Of a stretch of DNA of 64,000 nt, positions 11,082 to 23,500 are shown one piece after another (the first letter of the stretch is position 1; every line of letters begins with the position of its first letter). Source of the stretch: the human T2T-CHM13v2.0 reference genome, Homo sapiens. The stretch is taken from NCBI RefSeq assembly GCF_009914755.1, contig NC_060944.1, one strand, 5' to 3'. The notes beneath the pieces are model-generated. The model searched no databases, was not told where the DNA came from, and saw only the letters and a program-made list of their open reading frames with translations. A program made the translations under genes and the position numbers.

Positions 11082-14000
11082 CAATGTCAGAAACTTTTAT
11101 GTGATGGATCTACTCAGCTAACAGAGTTGAACCTTTCTTTTGAGAGAGCAGTTTTGCAACACTCTTTTTGTGGAATATGCAAGTGGATATTAGGGCAGCT
11201 TTGAGGATTTCGTTGGAAACGGGAATACATGTAAAAAGCAGACAGCAGCATTCTCAGAAACTTCTTTGTGATGTTTGCATTGAAGTCACAGAGTTGAACA
11301 TTCCCTTTGAGAGAGCAGGTTTGAAACACGCCTTTTGTCATATCTGGAAGTGTCCATTCGGAGCGCATTCAGGCTTGTGTTGAAAAAGGAAATATCCTCC
11401 CATAAAAACTAGACAGAAGCATTCTCAGAAACTTATTTGTGATGTATGTACTCAACTAACAGAACTAAACCATCGTTTTGAAGGAGCAGTTTTGAAACAC
11501 TCTTTTTGCGGAATCTGCAAGTGGATATTTGGCTAGCTGGGAGGATTTCGTTGGAAACGGGATTACATACAAAAAGCAGACAGCAGCATTCTCAGAAACT
11601 TCTTTGTGATGTTTGCATTCAAGTCACAGAGTTGAACATTCCCTTTCATAGAGCAGGTTTGAAACACTCTTTTTGTAGTATCTGGATGTGGACATTTGGA
11701 TCGCTTTCAGGCCTATGGTGAAAAAGGAAATATCTTCCCATGAAGACTAGACAGAAGCATTCTCAGAAACTTATTTGTGATGTGTGCCCTCAACTGACAG
11801 TGTTGAACCTTTGTTTTGATAGAGCAGTTCTGAAACACACTTTTTGTAAAATCTGCAAGAGGATATTTGGATAGCTTTGAGGATTTCGTTGGAAACGGGA
11901 ATGTCTTCATGTAAACTCTAGACAGAAGCATTCTCAGAAACTGCTTTGGGATGTTTCAATTGAAGTCCCAGTGTTGAACATTCCCATTCATAGAGCAGGT
12001 TTGAAACACTCTTTTTGTACTATCTGGAAGTGGACATTTGGAGCGCTTTCAGGTCTACGGTGAAAAAGGAGATATCTTCCAATAAAAACTAGATAGAAGC
12101 AATGTCAGAACTTTTTTCATGATGTATCTACTCAGCAAACAGAGTTGAACCTTTCTTTTGAGAGAGCAGTTTTGAAACACTCTTTTTGTGGAATATGCAA
12201 GTGGGTATTAGGCCAGCTTGGAGGATTTCGTTGGAAACGGGAATACGTATAAAAAGCAGACAGCAGCATTGTCAGAAACTACTTTGTGATGTTTGCATTC
12301 AAGTCACAGAATTGAACACTCCCTTTCACAGAGCAGGTTTGAAACACTCTTTTTGTAGTGTCTGTAAGTGAACATTTGGATTGCTTTCAGGCCTAAGGTG
12401 AAAAAGGAAATATCTTCCCATAAAAACTAGACAGAAGCATTCTCAGAAACTTGTTTGTGATGTGTGCCCTCTACTGACAGAGTTGAAGCTTTCTTTGCAA
12501 AGAGCGGTTTTGAAACACTCTTTTTGTAGAATCTGCAAGAGGATATTTGGATAGCTTTGAGGATTTCTTGGGAAACGGGAATGTCTTCAGATAAACTCTA
12601 GACAGAAGCATTCTCAGAAACTTCTTTGGGATGTTTCAATTGAAGTCACAGTGTTGAACATTCCCTTTCACAGAGCAGGTTTGAAACACTCTTTTTGTAG
12701 TGTCTATAAGTGAACATTTGGCGTGCTTTCAGGCCTAACGTGAAAAAGGAAATATCTTCCCATAAAAACTAGACAGAAGCATTCTCAGAAACTTGTTCGT
12801 GATGTGTGCCCTCTACTGACAGAGTTGAACCTTTCTTTGCAAAGAGCAGCTTTGAAACACACTTTTTGTAGAATCTACAAGAGGATATTTGGATAGCTTG
12901 GAGGATTTCGTTGGAAACGGGTATGTCTTCAGATAAACTCTAGACAGAAGCATTCTCAGAAACTTCTTTGGGATGTTGCATTCAAGTCACAGAGTAGAAC
13001 ATTCCCATTCATAGAGCAGATTTGAAACACTCTTTTTGTAGTATCTGGAAGTGGACATTTGGAGCGCTTTCAGGCCTTTGTTGAAAAAGGAAATATCTTC
13101 CCATAAAAACTAGACGGAAGCATTCTCAGAAACTTGTTATTGATGTGTCCCCTCTACTGACAGAGTTGAACCTTTCTTTGCAAAGAGCAGCTTTGAAACA
13201 CTCTTTTTGTAGAATCTGCAAGAGGATATTTGGATAGCTTGGAGGATTTCGTTGGAAACGGGTATGTCTTCAGATAAACTCTAGACAGAAGCATTCTCAG
13301 AAACTTCTTTGGGATGTTGCATTCAAGTCACAGAGTAGAACATTCCCATTCATAGAGCAGATTTGAAACACTCTTTTTGTAGTATCTGGAAGTGGACATT
13401 TGGAGCGCTTTCAGGCCTATGTTGAAAAAGGAAATATCTTCCCATAAAAACTAGACGGAAGCATTCTCAGAAACTTATTTGTGATGTGTTTGCTCAACTA
13501 ACAGGATTGAACCATCGTTTTGAAGGAGCAGTTTTGAAACACTGTTTTCGTGGAATCTGCAAGTGGATATTTGGCTAGCTTTGAGGATTTCGTTGGAAAC
13601 GGGATTACATATAAAAAGGAGACAGCAGCATTCTCAGAAACTTCTTTGTGATGTCTGCATTCAATTCACAGAGTTGAGCATTCCCTTTCATAGAGCAGGT
13701 TGGAAACACTCTTTTTGTAGTATCTGGATGAGGACATTTGGAGCGCTTTCAGGCGTATGGTGAAAAAGGAAATATCTTCCCGTAAAAACTAGACAAAAGC
13801 ATTCTCAGAAGTTTATTTGTGATGTGTGCCCTCAACTAACAGAGTTGAACCTTTCTTTTGATAGAGCAGTTTTGAAACACTCTTTTTGTAAAATCTGCAA
13901 GAGGATATTTGGATAGCTTTGAGGATTTCGTTGCAAACGGGAATGGCTTCATATAAACTCTAGACAGAAGCATTCTCAGAAACTTCGTTGGGATGTTTCG

Positions 14001-14141
14001 ATTGAAGTCCCAGTGTTGAACATTCCCTTTTATAGAGCAGGTTGGAAACACTCTTTCTGCATTCCCTGGAAGTGGACATTTGGAGCGCTTTCAGGACGAC
14101 GGTGAAAATGGAAATATCTTCCAAGAAAATCTAGATAGAAG
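11082..14141 (+). repeat. 18-mer HOR variant (3060 bp; extra M11-M12 dimer)
   Basis: Spacing 11168->14228 = 3060. Same junction at 13117-13135. Confidence 0.93.
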
Positions 14142-17100
14142 CAATGTCAGAAACTTTTATGTGATGGATCTACTCAGCTAACAGAGTTGAACCTTTCTTT
14201 TGAGAGAGCAGTTTTGCAACACTCTTTTTGTGGAATATGCAAGTGGATATTAGGGCAGCTTTGAGGATTTCGTTGGAAACGGGAATACATGTAAAAAGCA
14301 GACAGCAGCATTCTCAGAAACTTCTTTGTGATGTTTGCATTGAAGTCACAGAGTTGAACATTCCCTTTGAGAGAGCAGGTTTGAAACACGCCTTTTGTCA
14401 TATCTGGAAGTGTCCATTCGGAGCGCATTCAGGCTTGTGTTGAAAAAGGAAATATCCTCCCATAAAAATTAGACAGAAGCATTCTCAGAAACTTATCTGT
14501 GATGTATGTACTCAACTAACAGAACTAAACCATCGTTTTGAAGGAGCAGTTTTGAAACACTCTTTTTGCGGAATCTGCAAGTGGATATTTGGCTAGCTGG
14601 GAGGATTTCGTTGGAAACGGGATTACATACAAAAAGCAGACAGCAGCATTCTCAGAAACTTCTTTGTGATGTTTGCATTCAAGTCACAGAGTTGAACATT
14701 CCCTTTCATAGAGCAGGTTTGAAACACTCTTTTTGTAGTATCTGGATGTGGACATTTGGATCGCTTTCAGGCCTATGGTGAAAAAGGAAATATCTTCCCA
14801 TGAAAACTAGACAGAAGCATTCTCAGAAACTTATTTGTGATGTGTGCCCTCAACTGACAGTGTTGAACCTTTGTTTTGATAGAGCAGTTCTGAAACACAC
14901 TTTTTGTAAAATCTGCAAGAGGATATTTGGATAGCTTTGAGGATTTCGTTGGAAACGGGAATGTCTTCATGTAAACTCTGGACAGAAGCATTCTCAGAAA
15001 CTGCTTTGGGATGTTTCAATTGAAGTCCCAGTGTTGAACATTCCCTTTCATAGAGCAGGTTTGAAACACTCTTTTTGTACTATCTGGAAGTGGACATTTG
15101 GAGCGCTTTCAGGTCTACGGTGAAAAAGGAGATATCTTCCAATAAAAACTAGATAGAAGCAATGTCAGAACTTTTTTCATGATGTATCTACTCAGCAAAC
15201 AGAGTTGAACCTTTCTTTTGAGAGAGCAGTTTTGAAACACTCTTTTTGTGGAATATGCAAGTGGGTATTAGGCCAGCTTGGAGGATTTCGTTGGAAACGG
15301 GAATACGTATAAAAAGCAGACAGCAGCATTGTCAGAAACTACTTTGTGATGTTTGCATTCAAGTCACAGAATTGAACACTCCCTTTCACAGAGCAGGTTT
15401 GAAACACTCTTTTTGTAGTGTCTGTAAGTGAACATTTGGATTGCTTTCAGGCCTAAGGTGAAAAAGGAAATATCTTCCCATAAAAACTAGACAGAAGCAT
15501 TCTCAGAAACTTGTTTGTGATGTGTGCCCTCTACTGACAGAGTTGAACCTTTCTTTGCAAAGAGCAGTTTTGAAACACTCTTTTTGTAGAATCTGCAAGA
15601 GGATATTTGGATACCTTTGAGGATTTCTTGGGAAACGGGAATGTCTTCAAATAAACTCTAGACAGAAGCATTCTCAGAAACTTCTTTGGGATGTTTCAAT
15701 TGAAGTCACAGTGTTGAACATTCCCTTTCACAGAGCAGGTTTGAAACACTCTTTTTGTAGTGTCTATAAGTGAACATTTGGCGTGCTTTCAGGCCTAACG
15801 TGAAAAAGGAAATATCTTCCCATAAAAACTAGACAGAAGCATTCTCAGAAACTTGTTCGTGATGTGTGCCCTCTACTGACAGAGTTGAACCTTTCTTTGC
15901 AAAGAGCAGCTTTGAAACACACTTTTTGTAGAATCTGCAAGAGGATATTTGGATAGCTTGGAGGATTTCGTTGGAAACGGGTATGTCTTCAGATAAACTC
16001 TAGACAGAAGCATTCTCAGAAACTTCTTTGGGATGTTGCATTCAAGTCACAGAGTAGAACATTCCCATTCATAGAGCAGATTTGAAACACTCTTTTTGTA
16101 GTATCTGGAAGTGGACATTTGGAGCGCTTTCAGGCCTATGTTGAAAAAGGAAATATCTTCCCATAAAAACTAGACGGAAGCATTCTCAGAAACTTGTTCT
16201 TGATGTGTCCCCTCTACTGACAGAGTTGAACCTTTCTTTACAAAGAGCAGCTTTGAAACACTCTTTTTGTAGAATCTGCAAGAGGATATTTGGATACCTT
16301 TGAGGATTTCTTGGGAAACGGGAATGTCTTCAGATAAACTCTAGACAGAAGCATTCTCAGAAACTTCTTTGGGATGTTTCAATTGAAGTCACAGTGTTGA
16401 ACATTCCCTTTCACAGAGCAGGTTTGAAACACTCTTTTTGTAGTGTCTATAAGTGAACATTTGGCGTGCTTTCAGGCCTAACGTGAAAAAGGAAATATCT
16501 TCCCATAAAAACTAGACAGAAGCATTCTCAGAAACTTGTTCTTGATGTGTGCCCTCTACTGACAGAGTTGAACCTTTCTTTGCAAAGAGCAGCTTTGAAA
16601 CACTCTTTTTGTAGAATCTGCAAGAGGATATTTGGACAGCTTGGAGGATTTCGTTGGAAACGGGTATGTCTTCAGATAAACTCTAGACAGAAGCATTCTC
16701 AGAAACTTCTTTGGGATGTTGCATTCAAGTCACAGAGTAGAACATTCCCATTCATAGAGCAGATTTGAAACACTCTTTTTGTAGTATCTGGAAGTGGACA
16801 TTTGGAGCGCTTTCAGGCCTATGTTGAAAAAGGAAATATGTTCCCATAAAAACTAGACGGAAGCATTCTCAGAAACTTATTTGTGATGTGTTTGCTCAAC
16901 TAACAGGATTGAACCATCGTTTTGAAGGAGCAGTTTTGAAACACTGTTTTCGTGGAATCTGCAAGTGGATATTTGGCTAGCTTTGAGGATTTCGTTGGAA
17001 ACGGGATTACATATAAAAAGGAGACAGCAGCATTCTCAGAAACTTCTTTGTGATGTCTGCATTCAATTCACAGAGTTGAGCATTCCCTTTCATAGAGCAG

Positions 17101-17543
17101 GTTGGAAACACTCTTTTTGTAGTATCTGGATGAGGACATTTGGAGCGCTTTCAGGCGTATGGTGAAAAAGGAAATATCTTCCCGTAAAAACTAGACAGAA
17201 GCATTCTCAGAAGTTTATTTGTGATGTGTGCCCTCAACTAACAGAGTTGAACCTTTCTTTTGATAGAGCAGTTTTGAAACACTCTTTTTGTAAAATCTGC
17301 AAGAGGATATTTGGATAGCTTTGAGGATTTCGTTGCAAACGGGAATGGCTTCATATAAACTCTAGACAGAAGCATTCTCAGAAACTTCGTTGGGATGTTT
17401 CGATTGAAGTCCCAGTGTTGAACATTCCCTTTTATAGAGCAGGTTGGAAACACTCTTTCTGCATTCCCTGGAAGTGGACATTTGGAGCGCTTTCAGGACG
17501 ACGGTGAAAATGGAAATATCTTCCAAGAAAATCTAGATAGAAG
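14142..17543 (+). repeat. 20-mer HOR variant (3402 bp; +683 bp, contains an M11/M9 chimeric monomer)
   Basis: Spacing 14228->17630 = 3402. Order is M9 M10 M11 M12 [M11/M9] M10 M11 M12 M13. A second degenerate TTCTTGGGAAACGGG box lies at ~16307. Confidence 0.9.
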
Positions 17544-20500
17544 CAATGTCAGAAACTTTTCTGTGATGGATCTACTCAGCTAACAGAGTTGAACCTTTCT
17601 TTTGAGAGAGCAGTTTTGCAACACTCTTTTTGTGGAATATGCAAGTGGATATTAGGGCAGCTTTGAGGATTTCGTTGGAAACGGGAATACATGTAAAAAG
17701 CAGACAGCAGCATTCTCAGAAACTTCTTTGTGATGTTTGCATTGAAGTCACAGAGTTGAACATTCCCTTTGAGAGAGCAGGTTTGAAACACGCCTTTTGT
17801 CATATCTGGAAGTGTCCATTCGGAGCGCATTCAGGCTTGTGTTGAAAAAGGAAATATCCTCCCATAAAAACTAGACAGAAGCATTCTCAGAAACTTATGT
17901 GTGATGTATGTACTCAACTAACAGAACTAAACCATCGTTTTGAAGGAGCAGTTTTGAAACACTCTTTTTGCGGAATCTGCAAGTGGATATTTGGCTAGCT
18001 GGGAGGATTTCGTTGGAAACGGGATTACATACAAAAAGCAGAGAGCAGCATTCTCAGAAACTTCTTTGTGATGTTTGCATTCAAGTCACAGAGATGAACA
18101 TTCCCTTTCATAGAGCAGGTTTGAAACACTCTTTTTGTAGTATCTGGATGTGGACATTTGGATCGCTTTCAGGCCTATGGTGAAAAAGGAAATATCTTCC
18201 CATGAAAACTAGACAGAAGCATTCTCAGAAACTTATTTGTGATGTGTGCCCTCAACTGACAGTGTTGAACCTTTGTTTTGATAGAGCAGTTCTGAAACAC
18301 ACTTTTTGTAAAATCTGCAAGAGGATATTTGGATAGCTTTGAGGATTTCGTTGGAAACGGGAATGTCTTCATGTAAACTCTAGACAGAAGCATTCTCAGA
18401 AACTGCTTTGGAATGTTTCAATTGAAGTCCCAGTGTTGAACATTCCCTTTCATAGAGCAGGTTTGAAACACTCTTTTTGTACTATCTGGAAGTGGACATT
18501 TGGAGCGCTTTCAGGTCTACGGTGAAAAAGGAGATATCTTCCAATAAAAACTAGATAGAAGCAATGTCAGAACTTTTTTCATGATGTATCTACTCAGCAA
18601 ACAGAGTTGAACCTTTCTTTTGAGAGAGCAGTTTTGAAACACTCTTTTTGTGGAATATGCAAGTGGTTATTAGGCCAGCTTGGAGGATTTCGTTGGAAAC
18701 GGGAATACGTATGAAAAGCAGACAGCAGCATTGTCAGAAACTACTTTGTGATGTTTGCATTCAAGTCACAGAATTGAACACTCCCTTTCACAGAGCAGGT
18801 TTGAAACACTCTTTTTGTAGTGTCTGTAAGTGAACATTTGGATTGCTTTCAGGCCTAAGGTGAAAAAGGAAATATCTTCCCATAAAAACTAGACAGAAGC
18901 ATTCTCAGAAACTTGTTTGTGATGTGTGCCCTCTACTGACAGAGTTGAACCTTTCTTTGCAAAGAGCAGTTTTGAAACACTCTTTTTGTAGAATCTGCAA
19001 GAGGATATTTGGATAGCTTTGAGGATTTCTTGGGAAACGGGAATGTCTTCAGATAAACTCTAGACAGAAGCATTCTCAGAAACTTCTTTGGGATGTTTCA
19101 ATTGAAGTCACAGTGTTGAACATTCCCTTTCACAGAGCAGGTTTGAAACACTCTTTTTGTAGTGTCTATAAGTGAACATTTGGCGTGCTTTCAGGCCTAA
19201 CGTGAAAAAGGAAATATCTTCCCATAAAAACTAGACAGAAGCATTCTCAGAAACTTGTTCTTGATGTGTCCCCTCTACTGACAGAGTTGAACCTTTCTTT
19301 GCAAAGAGCAGCTTTGAAACACACTTTTTGTAGAATCTGCAAGAGGATATTTGGATAGCTTGGAGGATTTCGTTGGAAACGGGTATGTCTTCAGATAAAC
19401 TCTTGACAGAAGCATTCTCAGAAACTTCTTTGGGATGTTGCATTCAAGTCACAGAGTAGAACATTCCCATTCATAGAGCAGATTTGAAACACTCTTTTTG
19501 TAGTATCTGGAAGTGGACATTTGGAGCGCTTTCAGGCCTATGTTGAAAAAGGAAATATCTTCCCATAAAAACTAGACGGAAGCATTCTCAGAAACTTATT
19601 TGTGATGTGTTTGCTCAACTAACAGGATTGAACCATCGTTTTGAAGGAGCAGTTTTGAAACACTGTTTTCGTGGAATCTGCAAGTGGATATTTGGCTAGC
19701 TTTGAGGATTTCGTTGGAAACGGGATTACATATAAAAAGGAGACAGCAGCATTCTCAGAAACTTCTTTGTGATGTCTGCATTCAATTCACAGAGTTGAGC
19801 ATTCCCTTTCATAGAGCAGGTTGGAAACACTCTTTTTGTAGTATCTGGATGAGGACATTTGGAGCGCTTTCAGGCGTATGGTGAAAAAGGAAATATCTTC
19901 CCGTAAAAACTAGACAGAAGCATTCTCAGAAGTTTATTTGTGATGTGTGCCCTCAACTAACAGAGTTGAACCTTTCTTTTGATAGAGCAGTTTTGAAACA
20001 CTCTTTTTGTAAAATCTGCAAGAGGATATTTGGATAGCTTTGAGGATTTCGTTGCAAACGGGAATGGCTTCATATAAACTCTAGACAGAAGCATTCTCAG
20101 AAACTTCGTTGGGATGTTTCGATTGAAGTCCCAGTGTTGAACATTCCCTTTTATAGAGCAGGTTGGAAACACTCTTTCTGCATTCCCTGGAAGTGGACAT
20201 TTGGAGCGCTTTCAGGACGACGGTGAAAATGGAAATATCTTCCAAGAAAATCTAGATAGAAGCAATGTCAGAAACTTTTATGTGATGGATCTACTCAGCT
20301 AACAGAGTTGAACCTTTCTTTTGAGAGAGCAGTTTTGCAACACTCTTTTTGTGGAATATGCAAGTGGATATTAGGGCAGCTTTGAGGATTTCGTTGGAAA
20401 CGGGAATACATGTAAAAAGCAGACAGCAGCATTCTCAGAAACTTCTTTGTGATGTTTGCATTGAAGTCACAGAGTTGAACATTCCCTTTGAGAGAGCAGG

Positions 20501-23500
20501 TTTGAAACACGCCTTTTGTCATATCTGGAAGTGTCCATTCGGAGCGCATTCAGGCTTGTGTTGAAAAAGGAAATATCCTCCCAGAAAAACTAGACAGAAG
20601 CATTCTCAGAAACTTATCTGTGATGTATGTACTCAACTAACAGAACTAAACCATCGTTTTGAAGGAGCAGTTTTGAAACACTCATTTTGCGGAATCTGCA
20701 AGTGGATATTTGGCTAGCTGGGAGGATTTCGTTGGAAACGGGATTACATACAAAAAGCAGACAGCAGCATTCTCAGAAACTTCTTTGTGATGTTTGCATT
20801 CAAGTCACAGAGTTGAACATTCCCTTTCATAGAGCAGGTTTGAAACACTCTTTTTGTAGTATCTGGATGTGGACATTTGGATCGCTTTCAGGCCTATGGT
20901 GAAAAAGGAAATATCTTCCCATGAAAACTAGACAGAAGCATTCTCAGAAACTTATTTGTGATGTGTGCCCTCAACTGACAGTGTTGAACCTTTGTTTTGA
21001 TAGAGCAGTTCTGAAACACACTTTTTGTAAAATCTGCAAGAGGATATTTGGATAGCTTTGAGGATTTCGTTGGAAACGGGAATGTCTTCATGTAAACTCT
21101 AGACAGAAGCATTCTCAGAAACTGCTTTGGGATGTTTCAATTGAAGTCCCAGTGTTGAACATTCCCTTTCATAGAGCAGGTTTGAAACACTCTTTTTGTA
21201 CTATCTGGAAGTGGACATTTGGAGCGCTTTCAGGTCTACGGTGAAAAAGGAGATATCTTCCAATAAAAACTAGATAGAAGCAATGTCAGAACTTTTTTCA
21301 TGATGTATCTACTCAGCAAACAGAGTTGAACCTTTCTTTTGAGAGAGCAGTTTTGAAACACTCTTTTTGTGGAATATGCAAGTGGGTATTAGGCCAGCTT
21401 GGAGGATTTCGTTGGAAACGGGAATACGTATAAAAAGCAGACAGCAGCATTGTCAGAAACTACTTTGTGATGTTTGCATTCAAGTCACAGAATTGAACAC
21501 TCCCTTTCACAGAGCAGGTTTGAAACACTCTTTTTGTAGTGTCTGTAAGTGAACATTTGGATTGCTTTCAGGCCTAAGGTGAAAAAGGAAATATCTTCCC
21601 ATAAAAACTAGACAGAAGCATTCTCAGAAACTTGTTTGTGATGTGTGCCCTCTACTGACAGAGTTGAACCTTTCTTTGCAAAGAGCAGTTTTGAAACACC
21701 CTTTTTGTAGAATCTGCAAGAGGATATTTGGATAGCTTTGAGGATTTCTTGGGAAACGGGAATGTCTTCAGATAAACTCTAGACAGAAGCATTCTCAGAA
21801 ACTTCTTTGGGATGTTTCAATTGAAGTCACAGTGTTGAACATTCCCTTTCACAGAGCAGGTTTGAAACACTCTTTTTGTAGTGTCTATAAGTGAACATTT
21901 GGCGTGCTTTCAGGCGTAACGTGAAAAAGGAAATATCTTCCCATAAAAACTAGACAGAAGCATTCTCAGAAACTTGTTCTTGATGTGTCCCCTCTACTGA
22001 CAGAGTTGAACCTTTCTTTGCAAAGAGCAGCTTTGAAACACACTTTTTGTAGAATCTGCAAGAGGATATTTGGATAGCTTGGAGGATTTCGTTGGAAACG
22101 GGTATGTCTTCAGATAAACTCTAGACAGAAGCATTCTCAGAAACTTCTTTGGGATGTTGCATTCAAGTCACAGAGTAGAACATTCCCATTCATAGAGCAG
22201 ATTTGAAACACTCTTTTTGTAGTATCTGGAAGTGGACATTTGGAGCGCTTTCAGGCCTATGTTGAAAAAGGAAATATCTTCCCATAAAAACTAGACGGAA
22301 GCATTCTCAGAAACTTATTTGTGATGTGTTTGCTCAACTAACAGGATTGAACCATCGTTTTGAAGGAGCAGTTTTGAAACACTGTTTTCGTGGAATCTGC
22401 AAGTGGATATTTGGCTAGCTTTGAGGATTTCGTTGGAAACGGGATTACATATAAAAAGGAGACAGCAGCATTCTCAGAAACTTCTTTGTGATGTCTGCAT
22501 TCAATTCACAGAGTTGAGCATTCCCTTTCATAGAGCAGGTTGGAAACACTCTTTTTGTAGTATCTGGATGAGGACATTTGGAGCGCTTTCAGGCGTATGG
22601 TGAAAAAGGAAATATCTTCCCGTAAAAACTAGACAGAAGCATTCTCAGAAGTTTATTTGTGATGTGTGCCCTCAACTAACAGAGTTGAACCTTTCTTTTG
22701 ATAGAGCAGTTTTGAAACACTCTTTTTGTAAAATCTGCAAGAGGATATTTGGATAGCTTTGAGGATTTCGTTGCAAACGGGAATGGCTTCATATAAACTC
22801 TAGACAGAAGCATTCTCAGAAACTTCGTTGGGATGTTTCGATTGAAGTCCCAGTGTTGAACACTCCTTTTTATAGAGCAGGTTGGAAACACTCTTTCTGC
22901 ATTCCCTGGAAGTGGACATTTGGAGCGCTTTCAGGACGACGGTGAAAATGGAAATATCTTCCAATAAAATCTAGATAGAAGCAATGTCAGAAACTTTATG
23001 TGATGGATCTACTCAGCTAACAGAGTTGAACCTTTCTTTTGAGAGAGCAGTTTTGCAACACTCTTTTTGTGGAATATGCAAGTGGATATTAGGGCAGCTT
23101 TGAGGATTTCGTTGGAAACGGGAATACATGTAAAAAGCAGACAGCAGCATTCTCAGAAACTTCTTTGTGATGTTTGCATTGAAGTCACAGAGTTGAACAT
23201 TCCCTTTGAGAGAGCAGGTTTGAAACACGCCTTTTGTCATATCTGGAAGTGTCCATTCGGAGCGCATTCAGGCTTGTGTTGAAAAAGGAAATATCCTCCC
23301 ATAAAAACTAGACAGAAGCATTCTCAGAAACTTATCTGTGATGTATGTACTCAACTAACAGAACTAAACCATCGCTTTGAAGGAGCAGTTTTGAAACACT
23401 CTTTTTGCGGAATCTGCAAGTGGATATTTGGCTAGCTGGGAGGATTTCGTTGGAAACGGGATTACATACAAAAAGCAGACAGCAGCATTCTCAGAAACTT

